Shown: positions 1 through 13,799 of the stretch, piece by piece
How the letters are laid out: each line of letters begins with the position of its first letter
Position numbering within the stretch: the stretch's first letter is position 1
Source of the DNA: Macrostomum lignano
Taxonomy: Eukaryota
Length of the DNA: 64,000 nucleotides
NCBI GenBank assembly: GCA_002269645.1
Contig: NIVC01000390.1
Coordinates: forward strand, 124,001-188,000
Direction of reading: 5' to 3'
Program-made: the position numbers and the translations under genes
The notes under the pieces: model-generated
The model's database searches: none
What the model was told of the DNA's origin: nothing
Seen by the model: only the letters and a program-made list of their open reading frames with translations

Positions 1-35
1 GCGTTGGTTGAGACGGAGACTTTGAGACAAATTTG

Positions 36-1555
36 AGATGAGACGAGATGAAATGAGACGAGAGACGTTAAGACAAGACGAGACAATATGAGACGAGATG
101 AGATGAGATGAGATGAGATGAGATGAGATGATATGAAATGAGACGAGATGAGATGAGATAAGATGAAATGAGACTAGTCGAGACGAGATGAGATGAGATG
201 AAATGAGACTAGTCGAGACGAGATGAGATGAGATGAAATGAGACTAGTCGAGACGAGATGAGATGAGATGAAACGAGACTATTCGAGACGAGATGAGATG
301 AGATGAAATGAGACTAGTCGAGACGAGATGAGATGAGATGAAATGAGACTAGTCGAGACGAGATGAGATGAGATGAAATGAGACTATTCGAGACAAGATG
401 AGATGAGATGAAATGAGACTAGTCGAGACGAGATGAGATGAGATAAGATGAGATGAAATGAGACTATTCGAGACGAGATGAGATGAGATGAAATGAGACT
501 AGTCGAGACGAGATGAGATGAGATAAGATGAGATGAAATGAGACTAGTCGAGACGAGATGAGATGAGATAAGATGAGATGAAATGAGAGTAGTCGAGATG
601 AGATGAGACGAGATGAGATGAGATGAAATGAGACTATTCGAGACGAGATGAGATGAGATGAAATGAGACTAGTCGAGACGAGATGAGATGAGATGAAATG
701 AGACTATTCGAGACGAGATGAGATGAGATGAAATGAGACTAGTCGAGACGAGATGAGATGAGATAAGATGAGATGAAATGAGACTAGTCGAGACGAGATG
801 AGATGAGATAAGATGAGATGAAATGAGAGTAGTCGAGATGAGATGAGATGAGATAAGATGAGATGAAATGAGACTATTCGAGACGAGATGAGATGAGATG
901 AAATGAGACTAGTCGAGACGAGATGAGATGAGATAAGATGAGATGAAATGAGACTAGTCGAGACGAGATGAGATGAGATAAGATGAGATGAAATGAGAGT
1001 AGTCGAGATGAGATGAGACGAGATGAGATGAGATGAAATGAGACTATTCAAGACGAGATGAGATGAGATGAAATGAGACTAGTCGAGACGAGATGAGATG
1101 AGATAAGATGAGATGAAATGAGAGTAGCCGAGACGAGATGAGATGAGACAAGATGAGATGAAATGAGAGTAGCCGAGACGAGATGAGATGAGATAAGATG
1201 AGATGAAATGAGAGTAGTCGAGATGAGATGAGACGAGATGAGATGAGATGAAATGAGACTAGTCGAGACGAGATGAGATGAGACAAGATGAGATGAAATG
1301 AGAGTAGCCGAGACGAGATGAGATGAGACAAGATGAGATGAAATGAGAGTAGCCGAGACGAGATGAGATGAGATAAGATGAGATGAAATGAGAGTAGTCG
1401 AGATGAGATGAGACGAGATGAGATGAGATGAAATGAGACTAGTCGAGACGAGATGAGATGAGACAAGATGAGATGAAATGAGAGTAGCCGAGACGAGATG
1501 AGATGAGACAAGATGAGATGAAATGAGAGTAGCCGAGACGAGATGAGAGGAGAGA
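36..1555 (+). repeat. (AGATG)n pentamer microsatellite with 30-40 bp higher-order units (GAAATGAGACTAGTCGAGAC core); intronic in the formin gene
   Basis: Direct reading. The overlapping ISSHL/ISSRL ORFs are artefacts of the repeat. Confidence 0.95.
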
Positions 1556-2662
1556 CGAGGCTACAGAGTACGCATTTATGGGTCTGTCATTTCCCATCCT
1601 CATGCGCCCTTCTGAGTGCATATGCGACCTTTGTGAGCTGCTGAATCGAATCAGAGGGGCACTCTGGCGATTCAAGGGTAATGGTAGTTTTGAAATACAC
1701 AGGCTATCGATTATCCGCGGCTGTTGCTGGCACAGTAGAGGTTACGCAATAGATTGCGTGAATATATGCGATGAAACTTGGGTTTGTGCACGCATAAACA
1801 CCATAACTCACTCAGCTTTAGCACAGTAAGGAAATTGCCAATCAAGCCGGCAGGAGAGGGACCCGCTAGTTGTTAAGCCAATTTCGCACCAATATAAAAT
1901 TCAATTTACGATCGCCACCAAATGGAGTCCCGGCTCTCCTCTTGTCTACTATCTACTGTAGCACACTAAAACGCGTGAATTCAATCTTTAAATCTTATAA
2001 AAATAAGCCATCTCAGATACACTTTTGCCTACTAAAAAGCGGTCGCCGCAGTCGCAATCCAAAATACCAACCAAGAAATGTTCCTAAGCCTCAATTCTAA
2101 ATTTCAAATTTTCGACTACAAAATCCCTATATATTCGAAATAAAAATCCTTGATACATTTACTGCCAATTCCGAATCCCTAAGCAATTAAATGCAAATCC
2201 TCAAGCATTGAAATTCCCAAATTCCCAATATTTTTATTTCCAAAACCTTAATACTCGAATCCGAATTCCACACCACATTCAATATATTTGAATTCCAAAT
2301 CGACAATATTCGAACTTTGAATAATCCTAAATCACAATATTCAACTCCTAAATCTAAATCTAATCCTAAATACCAAACTGGTAATTTGGGATATTTGAAT
2401 ACCAAACGCCCAATATTCGAATCACGAATCCCTAATATCCGAATTCAAAAGCCCAAAAATTCGAATCCCAAATCTCAATTATTCGAATCTTAAATCCTAA
2501 TATTCGAATCCCAAATTCCTAATATTAGAATTCCATAACCCAAATATTCCAACTCAAAACCACAGAAGCCGGATTTGCCAATTAAAATTGAAAGGAAATA
2601 TAATAATAATCCTTAAGCCCCCCTGCCCTAGTTGTTTATAAAAGTACATTACTCCAGCTCAC

Positions 2663-3211
2663 CTTGCCAGAAGCTCGTTCCAGTTCGGCAGCGGCGGCCC
2701 GCCTCTGCTCATTCTCAGACCGAGCCTTGGTCACATCGCAGTGGAAGCGGTGCAGGATGCTGAAGAACGCATCGCTGGCCACCTGTTGCATGCCCTCGCC
2801 GAATCGAGTTTTAACCAGGCTGTAACACTCTTCAGCAGTTTTCAAATCAGTTTTCAGCCGTTCAACCCGATCGGAATTGGCCTGCAGGAAATCGCGCAGC
2901 CGGTTCGAGTTGGTCTCCTTGGCTAAGCTGCGAAGCTGCTCAAGGCCGGAGATCAGCTGGGAGGCGTCGGCCCGGACATTGTCCAGATTAATCGAGGCGG
3001 CTTTCTCGCAGTGACGAAGGTCGGACTCAAAATTCGCGAGATCGGGAAAATGCTGGTCGATCAGTTCGACTAGGAAATGTAGAAGAGTCCACTTCCGGTC
3101 ACCGGATTTGGTATCCTGCAGAGTGGCCAGGCTGCACAGACGGAAGCCGTAGGTGAGGCCGCGTTTATGGCTGTTCAGGTAGTTGCCAAGGCCTAGGATT
3201 AGCTCAAGGAC
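2663..3211 (-). CDS. FMNL: FMNL-type formin, exon 5 (C-terminal part of FH2); gene continues left of the window
   Basis: cag|GTC acceptor at 3212-3214 and AAG|gtgag donor, 549 bp, phase 0/0. VLELILGLGNYLNSHKRGLTYGFRL..DTKSGDRKWTLLHFL matches the FMNL FH2 signature. Confidence 0.9.
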
Positions 3212-3279
3212 CTGCGGGGTAGGAAATGAAAACAGAAATTTGAATTGTAGAGACCAGAAATTAGTATAGAAACCATCTT

Positions 3280-3570
3280 CAGACAACCGGAAATGGGTAT
3301 GGAGCACCAACTACAGACAACCGGAAATGGGTATCGAGCACCAACTACAGACAACCGGAAATGGATATGAGCACCAACTACAGCCAACCGGAAATGGGCA
3401 TTGAGCACCAACTACAGTCAACCGGAAATGGGTATGGAGCACCAACTACAGTCAACCGGAAATGGGTATGGAGCACCAACTACAGACAACCAGAAATGGG
3501 CATGGAGCACTAACTACAAACAACCGGAAATGGTATGGAGCACTAACTACTCGTACAGACAACCGGAAAT
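3280..3570 (+). repeat. 34-bp minisatellite (ACCGGAAATGGGTATGGAGCACCAACTACAGACA) filling formin intron 4
   Basis: Period 34 measured between 3421 and 3455. Confidence 0.9.
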
Positions 3571-3590
3571 GTGGGAACATCAGGGTGTAC

Positions 3591-4764
3591 CTTTTTGAAC
3601 TTGACAGACTTCTCCAGAGTCATGGAAGCAGCAACAACAGCACGAAGGGGCGGCTCGACGCCGGAAAAGTTCTCCTCGAATTGACCGGCATAGCGCAGAG
3701 CCTGCAGCTTCCGCTCCAGCATGGGAACGCGGCACAGGGCCACCAGCAGTTGGTCCTGCTCGCTCAGCGCGTCAACCCGACGACCCTCGGCGAATTCGTA
3801 GCGACGATATGACCGAACCTCTTCCTCGGTGGGCACGCCCTGGCGCAGAAGGATCTCAGCTAGGTCAGCCGACACCTTGTCAGCGTCCAGACTGTCAACA
3901 GCGGCGGCAAGGTCGGCAAAGCTAAGCCGCATGGACTCGACTTTGTGCCGAGTCACAGCCAAATTGCGGAACCGGTCGTGACCAAGCAGAGTTGGCCGCT
4001 CCTTCTTGGTCTTCAAGGCGGCTGCGGTGGCGGCTGCGGCGGCCTTGTCGCTGGCCCCGCCGTTGGCCGACAGCTTAAATTTGTCCTCGAAATCGTCGAC
4101 ATCGATGCGTCGCCTGGCCCGCTCGTCGTTCATGTCCATGAAGACGGTGCCGCGGCAGCCAGACGGCGGTATGGCCGTCCAGTTCAGCAGCGGCAGGCGG
4201 TGCTTCGGGATCACCGGCTGGCGGACCTGCATGCCGGCTGGGGCGGCCGGAGCAGCGCCGAACGGCGGAGGCGGCGGGGGTGGCGGAGGCGGCGCTCCAC
4301 CAGGCGGCGGTGGTGGCGGTGGCGGTGGTGGCGGGGGTGGCGGCGCAGCGGGGCAGTTGACGCCGGGCAGCTTAGCAGCGGGGATTCCACCGCCGGCGCC
4401 GTTGCTGCTGCTGCTACTAGAAGAATTGGCAGCAGCTGGCGCAGCCGGTGCCGAAGGCGGAGTGGAAGATTTGGCCGCCTGCTGAGCGGCTTTAAGCGCC
4501 GATTCGGATTCGCGCAGTCGGGCTTCGAGCTCGCGCACCGTCTGCTCCAGCTGGCGCTCTCGTTCGCCGGCGCTGTGACTGGCCGCCCGCAGGCTGTGCT
4601 GCATCTGTTGCACGGCGCGCTCCTTTTCCGCCTGCAGGGTGGCGCAGTCGGCCTCCCGGTTTTGGAGACGCTCGCGCAGCTCCGCCATGATTTGAGCGGC
4701 CTCGTCCTCGGCCCGGCGCTGCCTGTCCTGGGTCTGGTACAGCTCCTCCTCTAGAGCGGCCGCT
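3591..4764 (-). CDS. FMNL: FMNL-type formin, exon 4 (coiled coil, FH1 polyproline, FH2 N-terminal part)
   Basis: cag|A acceptor at 4765-4767 (phase 2, completes AG+A=Arg) and AAG|gtac donor. Polyproline tracts followed by LPLLNWTAI and FEDKFKL. Confidence 0.92.
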
Positions 4765-4821
4765 CTGCATGCGAGTCGTGAGGGCGTGGATTGAGATGCT
4801 AAATATTTAATGCCCGCTACA

Positions 4822-5125
<304 letters not shown>

Positions 5126-5361
5126 GATGGACGGACAGGCAGACACTAAGACAGGCAGACAGTTAGACAAGACAAGACAAACAGACAAACCAAATAAGCT
5201 TGTCAACAAATACGGACAGACAGACTTTTCAGAGTACACACAGACATGCTCAATTATAGACAGATAGGGACAACAGACAGGCACTGAGAAGCTCACAGAC
5301 AGACTCACAGATTAACAAACAAAGCTAATAGACGCACAGAAGACATTCCAGAAGTTCTCAC

Positions 5362-6114
5362 CTAGCAACAGCAGCCTGCTTAGCAACAGAGTCGATAAAC
5401 AGGCCGGCCACATCGATAGTGTTGTCAAAGATGGCCTCAATCTGGCTATTCAGCCGCTCGTCGCCATATTTGCCGTGCAATCCGCGAAGGAATTCTTCCA
5501 AGCCTAGCTGAGCGAACTCGGCCTGCAGGCAGACCCGCTGACCAAGCTGCTCATCGTTGCTCACATTCTGCACAATATTGATGAACCTGGCGCAGCTGAC
5601 CATGAACTCCAAGCTGTACTGTTCGGCCGGAAGCGCCTCGTGCCGACGGAAGCAGGTCATCAGGGTCTCCCAGCGGCGTCGTTCGCCAACTCTCTCGCGC
5701 AGACTGTCGAATGCGTCCAGAACTTGAGCGTGCATGCCGTCTAGCATGCACAGCGCCGCCAGCAGTTCCAGCACCAGAGTTTTGGTGGCGTAGCGAGGAT
5801 GCAGCACGCATCTAGCGATAATGCTGACGGCCGTCTTGTCCTGGAATGTCCGCTGGCAGGCCCGCTGATTGTTGAAGAGCACCCGCATGCATTTGACGCC
5901 GTTGTGCAGATCGCTGAGCAGCGATTCGTCTGGCTGCTGTTGCTGCTGAGTCTGCAGCGCCAGATGCTGCGGCTGGTGCTGGCCACGGCCGGAGCTGCAC
6001 TGCATGGACAGGCGGCGCCAGCAGCTGCGCTTTGATGATGACTGGCCGTACTGCTGATTCTGCTGTTGATGCTGCTGTCCGTCCGAGTGCCCGTTGAGCA
6101 GCGGCTCCTCCGAG
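5362..6114 (-). CDS. FMNL: FMNL-type formin, exon 3 (GBD/FH3 armadillo region)
   Basis: cag|C acceptor and AG|gtgag donor, 753 bp, phase 2/2. TKTLVLELLAALC, EFMVSCARFINIV and LQAEFAQLGLEEFL are FH3 motifs. Confidence 0.92.
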
Positions 6115-6232
6115 CTGACGGGGGGGGGGAATGAGAAGACTAGGAAGTTGATGCTGAGCTTCAACAGTTGCAAATAGTTGCAAACATCACCCGCAAAAAA
6201 GTAATCCAGGGAGAGATTCCTCTCTTTCACAG

Positions 6233-8150
6233 GATCCCTATACAGAAGCCCTATACATGATCCCTATACAGAATCCCTACACATGATCCCTATACAGAAT
6301 CCCTATACATGATCCCTATACAGAATCCCTACACATGATCCCTATACAGAATCCCAATACATGATCCCTATACAGAATCCCTATACATGATCCCTATACA
6401 GAATCCCTACACATGATCCCTATACAGAATCCCTATACATGATCCCTATACAGAATCCCTACACATGATCCCTATACAGAATCCCTATACATGATCCCTA
6501 TACAGAATCCCTACACATGATCCCTATACAGAATCCCTATACATGATCCCTATACAGAATCCCTACACATGATCCCTATACAGAATCCCAATACATGATC
6601 CCTATACAGAATCCCTATACATGATCCCTATACAGAATCCCTATACATGATCCCTATACAGAATCCCTACACATGATCCCTATACAGAATCCCAATACAT
6701 GATCCCTATACAGAATCCCTATACATGATCCCTATACAGAAGCCCTATACATGATCCCTATACAGAAGCCCTATACAGAATCCCTATACATGATCCCTAT
6801 ACAGAATCCCTATACATGATCTCTATACAGAAGCCCTATACATGATCCCTATACAGAAGCCCTATACATGATCCCTATACAGAAGCAATATGCAGGATCC
6901 CTATACAGAATCCCTATACAGAATCCCTATACAGAATCCCTATACATGATCCCTATACAGAATCTCTATACATGATCTCTATACAGAATCCCTATACATG
7001 ATCCCTATACAGAAGCCCTATACATGATCCCTATACAGAAGCAATATGCAGGATCCCTATACAGAATCCCTATACATGATCCCTATACAGAATCCCTATA
7101 CATGATCCCTATACAGAATCCCTATACATGATCTCTATACAGAATCCCTATACATGATCTCTATACAGAAGCCCTATACATGATCCCTATACAGAATCCC
7201 TATACATGATCTCTATACAGAATCCCTATACATGATCTCTATACAGAATCCCTATACATGATCCCTATACAGAATCCCTATACATGATCCCTATACAGAA
7301 TCCCTATACATGATCTCTATTCAGAATCCCTATACATGATCTCTATACAGAAGCCCTATACATGATCCCTATACATGATCCCTATACATGATCCCTATAC
7401 AGAATCCCTATACATGATCTCTATACAGAATCCCTATACATGATCTCTATACAGAAGCCCTATACATGATCCCTATACATGATCCCTATACAGAATCCCT
7501 ATACATGATCTCTATACAGAATCCCTATACATGATCTCTATACAGAATCCCTATACATGATCTCTATACAGAAGCCCTATACATGATCCCTATACATGAT
7601 CCCTATACATGATCCCTATACAGAATCCCTATACATGATCTCTATACAGAATCCCTATACATGATCTCTATACAGAAGCCCTATACATGATCCCTATACA
7701 TGATCCCTATACATGATCCCTATACAGAATCCCTATACATGATCTCTATACAGAATCCCTATACATGATCTCTATACAGAAGCCCTATACATGATCCCTA
7801 TACATGATCCCTATACATGATCCCTATACAGAATCCCTATACATGATCTCTATACAGAATCCCTATACATGATCTCTATACAGAAGCCCTATACATGATC
7901 CCTATACATGATCCCTATACATGATCCCTATACATGATCCCTATACAGAATCCCTATACATGATCTCTATACAGAATCCCTATACATTATCTCTATACAG
8001 AAGCCCTATACATGATCCCTATACATGATCCCTATACATGATCCCTATACATGATCCCTATACAGAATCCCTATACATGATCTCTATACAGAATCCCTAT
8101 ACATGATCTCTATACAGAAGCCCTATACATGATCCCTATACAGAATCCCT
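6233..8150 (+). repeat. 13/26-bp satellite (GATCCCTATACAGAATCCCTATACAT) in formin intron 2
   Basis: Direct reading; dimer of related 13-mers. Confidence 0.95.
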
Positions 8151-8792
8151 AGGCAGGATTTGTCTAAAAACATGACAATGCCCCCAAAAACGGAATTCTA
8201 GAAAAATCCCCCTAAACCCTATTTAAATTGCGCGCAGTAATTTTTCGTTGAGAAGACTCGTCATCAAAAGAGATTTCCGAGACGAAGATCCGAATAGTAG
8301 ACAAAGACAAAGCGATGGCGGAGAAAAAACCATTATTTATTAATGGCTAGCTCCTAAAAATGCAAATCTGTATCATGTCTGTATCATGTATCGTGTCCAA
8401 AATGAGCAGTAAAAATTCATGCCGATGATGAGGCTACAAAAACCCAAACTTAAAGCAATGCATAATTAAGAATTCAATTTTCAGACTCAAAACCAGGCCA
8501 AAAAGTATTTTTTAAACCCTTTTACGCAGAAAACGGATAAATTAACAGAAAAAACTTAGATTTTCGATTAATTATCTTAACTGCGAAATTACTCTGCATA
8601 AGCGTTTGCCACTTTCAATTTATTAGATAAATATTTAAACCCAAGAGTTAACAGATTCACTTCAAGCTGATGCGATAATATAATCAATTAATAATTCTGT
8701 GAATATCTACATGCGAATAGAAGTTGTCAAAAGATTTTTGTGATTTAGACTAGATGCTTGATTGCTATTTTCAAATAGCGAAACATACTCGC

Positions 8793-10496
8793 GCACTCTT
8801 ATCTAACACCCATGATCCTGAAGTGAACGCTCATCTAACACCCATGATCCTGAAGTGAACGCTTATCTAACACCCATGATCCTGAAGTGAACGCTCATCT
8901 AACACCCATGATCCTGAAGTGCACTCTTATCTAACACCCATGATCCTGAAGTGAACGCTTATTTAACACCCATGATCCTGAAGTGAACGCTTATCTAACA
9001 CCCATGATCCTGAAGTACACTCTTATCTAACACTCATGATCCTGAAGTGAACGCTTATCTAACACCCGTGATCCTGCAGTGCACTCTTATCTAACACCCA
9101 TGATCCTGAAGTACACTCTTATCTAACACTCATGATCCTGAAGTGCACTCTTATCTAACACCCATGATCCTGAAGTGAACGCTTATCTAACACCCATGAT
9201 CCTGAAGTACACTCTTATCTAACACCCATGATCCTGAAATACACGCTTATCTAACACCCATGAACCTGACGTACACTCTTATGTAACACCCATGATCCTG
9301 AAGTGAACGCTTATCTAACACCCATGATCCTGAAGTGAACGCTTATTTAACACCCATGATCCTGAAGTGCACTCTTATCTAACACTCATGATCCTGAGGT
9401 GCACTCTTATCTAACACCCATGATCCTGCAGTGCACTCTTATCTAACACTCATGATCCTGAAGTACACTCTTATCTAACACCCATGATCCTGAAGTGAAC
9501 GCTTATCTAACACCCGTGATCCTGAAGTGCACTCTTATCTAACACCCATGATCCTGAAGTGCACACTTATCTAACACATATGATCCTGAAGTGCACTCTT
9601 ATCTAACACTCATGATCCTGAAGTGAACGCTTATCTAACACCCATGATCCTGAAGTGCACACTTATCTAACACCCATGATCCTGAGGTGCACACTTATCT
9701 AACACCCATGATCCTGAAGTGCACACTTATCTAACACCCATGATCCTGAAGTGCACACTTATCTAACACATTTGATCCTGAAGTGCACTCTTATCTAACA
9801 CTCATGATCCTGAAGTGCACACTTATCTAACACCCATGATCCTGAAGTGCACACTTATCTAACACCCATGATCCTGAAGTGCACTCTTATTTAACACCCA
9901 TGATCCTGAAGTGCACACTTATCTAACACCCATGATCCTGAAGTGAACGCTTATCTAACACCCATGATCCTGCAGTGCACTCTTATCTAACACTCATGAT
10001 CCTGGAGCACACTCTTATCTAACACCCATGATCCTGAAGTGAACGCTTATCTAACACCCGTGATCCTGAAGTGCACTCTTATCTAACACCCATGATCCTG
10101 AAGTGCACACTTATCTAACACATATGATCCTGAAGTGCACTCTTATCTAACACTCATGATCCTGAAGTGCACTCTTATCTAACACATATGATCCTGAAGT
10201 GCACACTTATCTAACACCCATGATCCTGAAGTGCACACCTATCTAACACATATGATCCTGAAGTGCACTCTTATCTAACACCCATGATCCTGAAGTGCAC
10301 TCTTATCTAACACTCATGATCCTGAAGTGCACTCTTATCTAACACATATGATCCTGAAGTGCACACTTATCTAACACCCATGATCCTGAAGTGCACACTT
10401 ATCTAACACCCATGATCCTGAAGTGAACTCTTATCTAACACATTTGATCCTGAAGTGCACTCTTATCTAACACCCATGATCCTGAAGTGCACTCTT
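8793..10496 (+). repeat. 32-bp minisatellite (CTTATCTAACACCCATGATCCTGAAGTGCACT), about 53 copies
   Basis: Direct reading. Confidence 0.95.
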
Positions 10497-11390
10497 AGTA
10501 ATTGCCTAACATCTGCGTACTTAAGCGCATACAAAAAATTCCATACACATTTTCTCGACCTCTCTGCCTGATAAACCAGGTAATGTTTATAAAAAGACCT
10601 ATACGATTCGAACGCATAGGTCGGTACCATTATGCCAAAATATAATCTATAGTCTCGTCAATAGAAATATTTTATATCAAGTTAGAGTGTAGCATCAATA
10701 ATTCCATGCCTACATTCAGTATTACAGCAAAATTGGATTAAAACTCTGAGATATGAACTCTGCGAACTATGGATACCTATAAAACCATGGATATTCCCTA
10801 ACAGCCTCAGTATGACTGGAGGTTGGTGTAATTCAAGTGCACGCAGGTCGCTCCATCCTCTATCTATCTGTCTGTCCCGCTAAAACTTATCCTTCCCCCT
10901 CCTTCCCCTTGTAATACATTATATCCGCGTCTGTCCCCGTGCTAAAAACTGCTTTATGAAACGAACGGGCAATCTTTTACAAAACTAGCGCTTACTTTCT
11001 TTTGCCGAACTTTCCAGTTTGCAGGTTTCCCTTATCTAGCTCGTATCTACACTTCTTTCTTTTATCATACTAAGGAAAGGCGAACTGTAGTCTAGGATAA
11101 AGCTGCTTTACATATTGGCTTATAGAAAGATGCCTGTAATGGAAAACCACAGTTGGGACGTACTTGGCTTACATTAGTCACGCACAGTGACCGAAGGCAC
11201 AGAATTATCGGCATATGCAGGACAGGTATCATCATTTGTCTATCTATAGCATGTGCTGCTCCGTTCATTAACAAGTTTTTGCGCTTAAACTGCATCCACA
11301 AAGACAAGGTAATGCTGTCCATTGGTTGGATTGTAACAGTGAGCCAACTTGAAAATCAACTAAGCTGTAGCATTGAATAGAAAAAATGTG

Positions 11391-12125
11391 GTACCCAGTG
11401 AAGCTGATATATGAGAGCTGAGATAACCAGTGAAGCTGATATATGAGAGCTGAGATAACCAGTGAAGCTGTGATATATGAGAGCTGAGATAACCAGTGAA
11501 GCTGTGATATATGAGAGCTGAGATAACCAGTGAAGCTGATATATGAGAGCTGAGATAACCAGTGAAGCTGTGATATATGAGAGCTGAGATAACCAGTGAA
11601 GCTGATACATGAGAGCTGAGATAACCAGTGAAGCTGATATATGAGAGCTGAGATAACCAGTGAAGCTGTGATATATGAGAGCTGAGATAACCAGTGAAGC
11701 TGATATATGAGAGCTGAGATAACCAGTGAAGCTGTGATATATGAGAGCTGAGATAACCAGTGAAGCTGTGATATATGAGAGCTGAGATAACCAGTGAAGC
11801 TGTGATATATGAGAGCTGAGATAACCAGTGAAGCTGATATATGAGAGCTGAGATAACCAGTGAAGCTGTGATATATGAGAGCTGAGATAACCAGTGAAGC
11901 TGATACATGAGAGCTGAGATAACCAGTGAAACTGATACATGAGAGCTGAGATACCCACTGAAACTGATACATGAGAGCTGAGATACCCACTGAAACTGAT
12001 AGATGAGAACTGAGATACCCACTGAAGCTGTGATATATCAAAGCTGAGATACCCACTAAAGCTGTGATATATCAAAGCTGAGATCCCCACTAAAGCTGTG
12101 ATATATCAAAGCTTAGATACCCAGC
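11391..12125 (+). repeat. 32/34-bp minisatellite (GAGATAACCAGTGAAGCT(GT)GATATATGAGAGCT)
   Basis: Direct reading; the three long ORFs here are repeat artefacts. Confidence 0.93.
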
Positions 12126-12674
12126 TGAGATGCCCATACCAAACAAAGGTCACTTGGCACAAAAATCGTTCTTGCTTTCAACTGCAATAAAAGCAAGCTA
12201 GCTCCAAACACAGCAACTCAACAATAAAAATTTATAATACATGCGCAAATTATATTAATTAGCGGAGTGTAGCAAAACAGCTCTACCATTTTGAGCGCAG
12301 ATTAGTTGAACCCAAAATAGCTAGCAACTTTTTTAGTAGCCAAAATGATGCTTTCACACAGACATTTGATCGCGAAAATAATTAATAATAGCGAAAACCA
12401 AGTGCTTATAGCTAATTCCACTGCACGTACTGCAATACACACATCAGATTGTTTGAGCAATTTAAACTCACGAGTACGACAAAGTGTCGACTGATTGCGA
12501 CACAGCTATAGCCCTGCTACAGCTGCACCACCTGTGCGTTATTTATTTGTAACGAGGTTTAAGCACAGTCGGAGTGGCTTCTATGCAAATAATATTGATT
12601 GCTCAGCCTTGGCAGTTGACAATAACTAATTAATGAAAGAGGAACTTGTGATTAAGCTAAAGGTAGAGAGTAAC

Positions 12675-13138
12675 GGTTACCCACTGAAACTACTGGGGGA
12701 ATGGATAGCGGTGCCCACTGAAGCTACTGGGGGAATGGATAGCGGTACCCACTGAAGCTACTGAGGGAATGGATAGCGGTGCCCACTGAAGCTACTGAGG
12801 GAATGGATAGTGGTAACCCACTGAAGCTACAGGGGGAATGGATAGCGGTACCCACTGAAGCTATTGGGGGAATGGATAGCGGTACCCACTGAAGCTACTG
12901 AAGGAAAAGGATAGCGGTACACACTGAAGCTACTGAGGGAATGGATAGCGGTACCCACTGAAGCTACTGAAGGAATGGATAGCGGTACCTACTGAAGCTA
13001 CTGAAGGAAAAGGATAGCGGTACACACTGAAGCTACTGAGGGAATGGATAGCGGTACCCACTGAAGCTACTGAAGGAATGGATAGCGGTACCCACTGAAG
13101 CTACAGGGGGAATGGATAGCGGTGCCCACTGAAGCTAC
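12675..13138 (+). repeat. 34-bp minisatellite (CCCACTGAAGCTACTGAGGGAATGGATAGCGGTA)
   Basis: Direct reading. Confidence 0.93.
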
Positions 13139-13211
13139 AACAGAGGATCAGTTAACTCAAACCAAACAACAAATAGATAAACAACCAAAAACTTTCGAAT
13201 AGCAGTCTTAC

Positions 13212-13292
13212 CTAATGAGGCTGTCCAACGCTCTGCTTAAATAATCCAACAGCAAGTCGAGCCCGCCGCAGTCCATGAATTCTTCTAACCAC
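13212..13292 (-). CDS. FMNL: FMNL-type formin, exon 2 (81 bp, not in the ORF track)
   Basis: tag|G...AG|gtaag, phase 2/2. Gives (LRSYSV)QWLEEFMDCGGLDLLLDYLSRALDSLI, the GBD W-x-x-E-F...GLD motif, and joins exons 1 and 3 in frame. Confidence 0.9.
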   Translation of the reverse strand: MVRRIHGLRRARLAVGLFKQSVGQPH

Positions 13293-13389
13293 CTAGGATT
13301 ATTACAGAAGCAAATTTAAAATCAAATAATTGTTAAATACATTTTTGACACTGTTGGAAGAGCTGCACTTTAATGCGATTGACACTCAC

Positions 13390-13799
13390 TGTACAGAATA
13401 CGATCTGAGGCAGTTTTCCAAGCCTTTCAACAAATCTTGACGCTCGCAGCAGCGCCCGTTGCCACCGCTGCCGCCGCCGCCACCGGCGCGAAGGCCGCGC
13501 AGCTGGGCCACATAGTAACCGGCTGTTGACGTGGCCTCACCCGGCTGCTTGGAGCTGAGCCAATTCTGCAGCGCTTGCAGCTTCTTATCCGTGTCCAAGG
13601 CGGCCAAATCCTGCGCCTTGTCGGCCGTGATGTCCATGTCCTGAATGAACTTTGGCCACAGCTCTTCCATCTGCTCCTCAGTGAGCTCTTCCACTATGTG
13701 ATTGTTGTGCCTATGGGCTTGCACTACTCCAGACACAGAGAGCATCCGGCAGCGTTCTGAGCTGCCTGCTGGAGCTCGCTTGGAGTATGAGCAGCCCAT
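13390..13799 (-). CDS. FMNL: FMNL-type formin, first coding exon (MGCSYSK..., start of GBD)
   Basis: ATG at 13799 and CA|gtgagt donor, followed by a 97-bp intron. IQDMDITADKAQDL..DTDKKLQAL resembles the formin GBD N-terminus. Confidence 0.88.

Noticed and set aside
704-1511. ISSHL/ISSRL-rich ORFs
   Set aside because: Translations of the AGATG microsatellite.
3945-4770. Long + strand and alternative-frame ORFs over the formin FH1 exon, and similar ones over gag, pol and ORF3
   Set aside because: Shadow ORFs of GC-rich coding sequence.
11092-11380. Possible extra formin exon or integrase/transposase fragment
   Set aside because: Exons 2 and 3 already join in frame. The motif resemblances (LCLRSL, GQHYLVFVDA) are too short and end in stops.
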